A DNA stretch of 11,109 bases from a candidate division WOR-3 bacterium (GTDB taxonomy: Bacteria; Hydrothermota; Tepidihabitantia; Tepidihabitantales; Tepidihabitantaceae): positions 1 to 11,109 of the forward strand of contig CBFGIY010000073.1 of NCBI GenBank assembly GCA_965648935.1, given 5' to 3'. A program made the position numbers and the translations under genes. Below the pieces are notes generated by a model. The model had not been told where the DNA came from and searched no databases. It saw only the letters and a list, made by a program, of their open reading frames with translations. Of the stretch, positions 7,595-11,109 are shown one piece after another; position 1 is the first letter of the stretch; the number at the start of each line of letters is the position of its first letter.

Positions 7595-8102
7595 CTGCCT
7601 CCGCCCCCGGCGCGCTGCCGGGCCGCCCTCCCCTCTGCACCTTCAGCCTGTCCAGTTCCACGAGGTCGTTGTCGTAGTTCTCGGAAGCCTTGCCCGAGTA
7701 CTCGCGGTGCCGGGCCGGGTCCCATATCTCGATGAACGAACCGACACCGGTCACCACTGCGGCGCTCTTGATGCCCGACATCTCGCGCAGCGCCTGCGGA
7801 ATCAGTACCCGGCCCTGCTCGTCAATCTCCACATCCCAGGCATTGGCGAGCTTGGCGCGCCGCAGTCGCCGGGCCTGCGGGTCATAGAGCGACATCCCGC
7901 CGAAAATCTCCTGCACGTGCGCGACCCAGGCATCGCGCGCGTAGAGCTCGATACACTGGTTCGGCCCGCGCGCCAGCACCAGCCCACGCTCGAGTACGGG
8001 CTGCAGCTTGCGCCGGAACTGCGTCGGCACCGCGAGACGCCCCTTCGCATCCACGGCGTGCTCAAAAGTACCGATGAAGTTGAAGTCAGTGTAGTCTACC
8101 AC
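7566..8102 (-). CDS. mraZ: Division/cell-wall cluster transcriptional regulator MraZ (178 aa)
   Basis: Two SpoVT/AbrB-type repeats with DxxGR motifs (VDAKGRLAVP, IDEQGRVLIP) and IEIWD. First gene of the dcw cluster. GTG 8102 is the most upstream possible start (in-frame TAA at 8108-8106). Confidence 0.95.
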   Translation of the reverse strand: MVDYTDFNFIGTFEHAVDAKGRLAVPTQFRRKLQPVLERGLVLARGPNQCIELYARDAWVAHVQEIFGGMSLYDPQARRLRRAKLANAWDVEIDEQGRVLIPQALREMSGIKSAAVVTGVGSFIEIWDPARHREYSGKASENYDNDLVELDRLKVQRGGRPGSAPGAEADVSPAGDGR

Positions 8103-8123
8103 TTTTTACCACTTTGAACCACT
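8098..8123 (-). promoter_or_regulatory. MraZ-binding direct repeats (dcw boxes): three AGTGGT units with a 10-bp period
   Basis: Minus strand reads AGTGGTtcaa-AGTGGTaaaa-AGTGGTagac (units at 8123-8118, 8113-8108, 8103-8098). This matches the known GTGG-type, about 10-bp-spaced MraZ operator upstream of mraZ. Confidence 0.85.
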
Positions 8124-8128
8124 CCGGC

Positions 8129-8156
8129 AGTCTAGCCTAACATCTTTCGCTGTCAA
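8129..8156 (-). promoter_or_regulatory. Sigma70-type promoter of the dcw operon
   Basis: Consensus -35 TTGACA (8156-8151), 16-nt spacer, -10 TAGACT (8134-8129). The predicted TSS near 8122 lies at the first MraZ box. Confidence 0.75.
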
Positions 8157-8184
8157 GGGCTTATCGCTCACCACCCCGCTATTC

Positions 8185-8213
8185 TGTAAGTATATGACTG
8201 AAATATCCTTACA
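8185..8213. repeat. AT-rich inverted repeat, 11-7-11 geometry
   Basis: TGTAAGTATAT-gactgaa-ATATCCTTACA; arms complementary at 10/11 positions. Confidence 0.6.
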
Positions 8214-8256
8214 CGCACACAACCCGCGCGCTCGGCCGCGCCGGCCGGGCCGCGAC

Positions 8257-8290
8257 GGCGCAAGCCTCTGAAAAAACTGGGGCTTGCGCC
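8257..8290. repeat. Perfect 10-bp inverted repeat around an A-tract
   Basis: GGCGCAAGCC-tctgaaaaaactgg-GGCTTGCGCC. Confidence 0.55.
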
Positions 8291-8338
8291 TCTTACGATA
8301 TCTGCTCACTGCGCGGCTCAGTCGGCCGGGTGCGGGCC

Positions 8339-8393
8339 GCCGGTCACTGTCAGGAGTCAGTCAACTCGGTGGGGATTCAGAGCAGTGACCGGC
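8339..8393. repeat. Long imperfect hairpin (11-bp perfect basal stem)
   Basis: GCCGGTCACTG (8339-8349) pairs with CAGTGACCGGC (8383-8393); an inner GAGTC/GATTC pairing is also possible. Confidence 0.55.
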
Positions 8394-8404
8394 CCGGGCG
8401 GCCG

Positions 8405-8432
8405 TTTACACCTGGGTTTTCTCTGCTAGAAT
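8405..8432 (+). promoter_or_regulatory. Putative sigma70 promoter for the MFS gene
   Basis: TTTACA (8405-8410), 16-nt spacer, extended -10 TGcTAGAAT (8424-8432); ends 36 nt before the TTG start. Confidence 0.6.
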
Positions 8433-8468
8433 GGCAGCCTGCAAAGCACATCTGCCCCAACGGACTCA

Positions 8469-9683
8469 TTGCCGACGCGGCGCGATACCTTCGCCGCGTT
8501 CCGTCACCGCAACTATCGCATATACTGGTTCGGCGCTCTCGTCTCGCTCATCGGCACCTGGATGCAGAACATCGCCTCGGGCTGGCTCGTGCTCCAGCTC
8601 ACCAATTCCGCCTTCTTTGTCGGGCTCAACTCGACGGTCGCCTGGCTTCCGGCGTGGTTCGTGTCTCTGCCCGCGGGCGTGCTTGCCGACCACTTCAACA
8701 AGCGCAACCTGATGATGGTCACCCAGTCAGTCCTCGCCCTGCTCGCGCTTGTCCTGGCCGTGCTCACCTGGACCGGCGCGGTCACCATCGTTCACATCCT
8801 CGTCATCGCCGCGCTCAGCGGGCTGGTCGTGTCGCTCAACTCGCCGGTCGTCCAGTCGCTCGTGCCCGAGCTTGTCGGCCGGCGCGACGTGCTCAACGCC
8901 ATCGCGCTCAACTCCACGATGTTCAACGCGGCGCGCATCATCGGCCCGTCAATCGCCGGCGTCCTTCTCGGCATCATCGGCCCGGGCGGCTGTTTCGGCA
9001 TCAACAGCGCGAGCTTCCTCGCCATCATCGTCGCCCTCGCCTTCATCCGACTCGAACCGCGGCCCCGGCCGGCCGCCGCCGAATCGGTCTGGCGCCGCAT
9101 GACCTCGGGACTCGCCGTGGTGCGCGGCCATGCCGACATCCTCACGCTCATCGTGATGGTCGCGGTCTTCTCCTCGGTCGGCATCCTCTACCTCCCGCTG
9201 ATGCCGGTTTTCGCCCGCGACGTGCTGCGCGCCGGCCCGGGCGGCTACGGCCTGATGATGACCGCCATCGGGGTCGGCGCGGTGCTCGGCGGTCTCACGC
9301 TCGCTACCTTCAGCCGCACCGCGCGCTCCGGCCTCGTCCTCACCTGGGGCACGGTTGCGCTCGCGCTGCTGCAGGTCGGCTTCTCGTTCGTCCGGCTCTT
9401 CCCGCTCGCCCTGGTCCTGCTCGTGCTCATCGGCTTCTGCCAGACCTCAATCGCCTCGCTCTCCAACACCCTCATCCAGACCCTTGCCCCGGACGAGGCC
9501 CGCGGCCGCGTGATGAGCATCTACACCCTCGCCTTCAACGGGATGTTCCCCATCGGCAGCTTCATCGGCGGCGCGGTCGCCCAGAAAGCGGGCGCACCCG
9601 CCGCGACCTTTCTCGGCGGGTGCGCAGTCCTGTTGAGTATCGGGCTGGTGTCGCTGGTGCGGCCCCAGCTCCGCCGGCTCTAG
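8469..9683 (+). CDS. Major facilitator superfamily transporter (MFS_3 / DHA3-like exporter, 404 aa)
   Basis: About 12 hydrophobic segments; N-terminal FRHRNYRIYWFGALVSLIGTWMQ signature; motif A variant GVLADHFNKR; NAIALNS..FNAARIIGPSIAG; C-terminal RGRVMS. TTG start. Substrate unknown. Confidence 0.92.
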   Translation: MPTRRDTFAAFRHRNYRIYWFGALVSLIGTWMQNIASGWLVLQLTNSAFFVGLNSTVAWLPAWFVSLPAGVLADHFNKRNLMMVTQSVLALLALVLAVLTWTGAVTIVHILVIAALSGLVVSLNSPVVQSLVPELVGRRDVLNAIALNSTMFNAARIIGPSIAGVLLGIIGPGGCFGINSASFLAIIVALAFIRLEPRPRPAAAESVWRRMTSGLAVVRGHADILTLIVMVAVFSSVGILYLPLMPVFARDVLRAGPGGYGLMMTAIGVGAVLGGLTLATFSRTARSGLVLTWGTVALALLQVGFSFVRLFPLALVLLVLIGFCQTSIASLSNTLIQTLAPDEARGRVMSIYTLAFNGMFPIGSFIGGAVAQKAGAPAATFLGGCAVLLSIGLVSLVRPQLRRL

Positions 9684-10444
9684 TCCAGCCCCTTCAGTAC
9701 GAAGCCGTGCCAGCGGCCCTCGGCGCCGTCGGTCGAACCGTCGGCATCGCGCGCCACCCACAGCATCCCGTCGCACCACGACAGCGACATCGCGTAGCCC
9801 TCGAACGGCAGCTTCACGCTCGTCACGTAGTCGCCGCCCCGCGTGTACACGCCCACCTCGTCGGCGCTCTGCCAGATGAAGCAGTGCGTGTTCGACGCCG
9901 CCATCGCGTACTGGTACAGCCCCTCGTCGTGGTACCGCTCGACGTCAAACTCGTCCAGCTCGTCGCCATCGTAGTCGTACACCGTCACCGTGCCCTCGCT
10001 GAACTCGTAGATGCGCTCGCCGTCCGGCGAGAAACCCGGCGACGACTGGTCCTCGTCAAACACGTACTCGAGCGCCTCGTAGTAGTCCTCGCCCTCCAGG
10101 TCCACCTCGTACAGCGAAGTACCGAACCCCTTGACGTAGAACTCGCCCGCGACCGGGTTGTAGAAAATCGCCCGGCCGTCGAGCGCGGGATTGTAGCTCT
10201 CCACCAGCTTCCCGGTTCGGGTGTACTTGTTCACCTGGCAGTAGTCCTCGTTCCCGCCGTTGATGGTGTAGTAGTGCTTTCCGTCGGACGTGATTCCGGC
10301 GTTGTGGTAGAACACGCGGTCGACGAACCGCACTTTCTCCACCGCGGTCACCTTCGCGGCCCCGCGCGGCCCGCAGGTCGCGCGCACGAACACCATCAGC
10401 GCCAGCCCGGCCAGCACAAGCGTTACGGTCTGTCTTCGGCTCAA
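9680..10444 (-). CDS. Hypothetical exported or membrane-anchored acidic protein, probable beta-propeller (254 aa)
   Basis: Start reassigned to TTG 10444 (AGGAGG at 10454-10449, promoter upstream). Begins MSRRQ followed by a hydrophobic stretch (signal peptide or anchor). About five 40-45-aa beta-rich repeats. Codon usage is strongly G/C at third positions, like the neighbouring genes. Confidence 0.8.
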   Translation of the reverse strand: MSRRQTVTLVLAGLALMVFVRATCGPRGAAKVTAVEKVRFVDRVFYHNAGITSDGKHYYTINGGNEDYCQVNKYTRTGKLVESYNPALDGRAIFYNPVAGEFYVKGFGTSLYEVDLEGEDYYEALEYVFDEDQSSPGFSPDGERIYEFSEGTVTVYDYDGDELDEFDVERYHDEGLYQYAMAASNTHCFIWQSADEVGVYTRGGDYVTSVKLPFEGYAMSLSWCDGMLWVARDADGSTDGAEGRWHGFVLKGLD

Positions 10445-10466
10445 ATGACCTCCTGTTACGGCAACA

Positions 10467-10495
10467 ATTCTACCGGTGATGAACCCCTGAGTCCA
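10467..10495 (-). promoter_or_regulatory. Putative sigma70 promoter for the beta-propeller gene
   Basis: TGGACT (10495-10490), 17-nt spacer, TAGAAT (10472-10467), followed by AGGAGG and TTG. Confidence 0.6.
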
Positions 10496-10651
10496 CGGTT
10501 GGCAGCGGCTCAATCGGCACATCACGATGGCTCGATTATCCCGCGGGGCTAAACCGGCAGTACGCCCCGAAACATGCCCACGCCCTGCTCCGGCAACGAG
10601 TTGCGCGAATTCTGGCGAATACCCCCCTCTCGTCCCCCCTGCGGTGTCCAG

Positions 10652-10694
10652 ATCAGGACATGGGTAACACCTTATTATCAGGACATGGGTTACA
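10652..10694 (+). repeat. Two 18-bp direct repeats at the IS end (putative transposase-binding sites)
   Basis: ATCAGGACATGGGTAACA (10652-10669) and ATCAGGACATGGGTTACA (10677-10694); 17/18 identical, 25-bp period. Confidence 0.85.
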
Positions 10695-11109
10695 GTTGGC
10701 GGTCACTCGACGGTGCTGGATGCCATGCCCGGTCAGCGCTAACTCACTGATGGGCAGGTCGCAGAACCACACCCGCCAACTGGATTCGCTCAACTCCTCC
10801 AGCCCCACTTCCTGGCCGATCAGGGCGCTGCTGACGCGCACATACCGGCTATGCACCAGGATACACCCGTCTTCCTGTACCCGCCGAGTCTCGTAGCTTG
10901 ACGGATAGACGTAGGGCCGCACCATGCCCATCCGCCGGGGAGAACTCAGATATAGCTCGCCCGGCGCCTTCATCCCTAGCGCCTCGTGGGGCCGCTCGTG
11001 GTTGTACACCTGCCGCCACCGCTCCAGCCGCTGCGCCTCATCGGCAACCGTCGTGGCCGGGTGAGCCTGCAGGTCACGAGCCATGTCGCGGTGCATCCGC
11101 TCATGGCCA
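10653..11109 (-). CDS. IS481-family DDE transposase, C-terminal part (5' end outside the window)
   Basis: Frame open to the window edge: ..GHERMHRD (likely catalytic Glu region)...YNHERPHEALGMKAP.ELY (integrase core), then RRV..DG.I....VRVSSALIGQEVGL...WRVWF C-terminal domain. The stop codon lies inside the outer terminal repeat. Confidence 0.88.
   Translation of the reverse strand, partial: GHERMHRDMARDLQAHPATTVADEAQRLERWRQVYNHERPHEALGMKAPGELYLSSPRRMGMVRPYVYPSSYETRRVQEDGCILVHSRYVRVSSALIGQEVGLEELSESSWRVWFCDLPISELALTGHGIQHRRVTANCNPCPDNKVLPMS

Larger units (their letters stand above)
10645..11109 (-). mobile_element. IS481-family insertion sequence, right end (continues beyond the window)
   Basis: Terminus 5'-TGT at 10645 on the + strand, followed by two ATCAGGACATGGGT(A/T)ACA repeats, the typical architecture of IS481 ends. 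Contains a DDE transposase C-terminus; visibly lower GC than the flanking genes. Confidence 0.85.

Noticed and set aside
135..8117. Many plus-strand ORFs antisense to the dcw genes (e.g. 1039-2289, 3992-4876, 5611-6435)
   Set aside because: These are expected antisense shadows in GC-rich coding DNA; they have no motifs and overlap confidently identified genes.
8106..8309. 67-aa minus-strand ORF upstream of mraZ (possible leader peptide)
   Set aside because: It runs across the predicted promoter, operator and palindromes, has no clear SD and has atypical codon usage.
8349..8385. SRP RNA (ffs) similarity from TCAGG...AGCAG
   Set aside because: The GNRA-capped short helix between these motifs is missing, the spacing is 26 nt, and the CAG is paired in the basal stem.
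10445..10525. Longer N-terminus (ATG/GTG near 10525) for the propeller gene
   Set aside because: It would run through the predicted promoter and bury the signal peptide; TTG 10444 has an AGGAGG SD.
8330..10552. 740-aa plus-strand ORF spanning the MFS and propeller genes
   Set aside because: Shadow ORF: out of frame over the MFS gene and antisense to the propeller gene, with Arg/Pro/His-rich composition typical of high-GC off-frames.
10620..10650. IS-derived outward hybrid promoter (TGGACA at the IS end, minus strand)
   Set aside because: There is no -10 hexamer at 16-18 nt; the sequence there is a G-run.
10652..10694. Direct repeats as a mini-CRISPR array
   Set aside because: Only two 18-bp units with a 7-bp spacer and no cas genes; they are explained as IS481 end repeats.

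Overview
GC-rich bacterial chromosomal window. Positions 1-8102 (minus strand) hold the first part of a division/cell-wall (dcw) operon: mraZ-rsmH-ftsL-ftsI-murE-mraY-murD-ftsW. ftsW runs off the left edge, murF is absent, and every gene overlaps the next. Upstream are a sigma70-type promoter (TTGACA-16-TAGACT) and three 10-bp-periodic AGTGGT boxes matching the MraZ autoregulatory operator. A 366-bp divergent intergenic region contains three separate inverted repeats. It is followed by an MFS transporter (+), a convergent membrane-anchored/secreted acidic beta-propeller-like protein (-), and the right end of an IS481-family element. I see no clearly new multi-gene system; most of the window is housekeeping. 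The most notable details are: (i) ftsI and ftsW, the septal synthase pair, both appear to use non-canonical start codons (CTG, ATC) behind good SD sequences; (ii) substitutions in normally conserved motifs of MurD (NNSMCTN for NDSKATN) and FtsW (QPAIG for QPDxG); (iii) unexplained palindromes/hairpins between mraZ and the MFS gene; (iv) the IS appears to sit next to, or inside, a C-run REP-like element. No database searches were run; family calls rest on recognised motifs and synteny.
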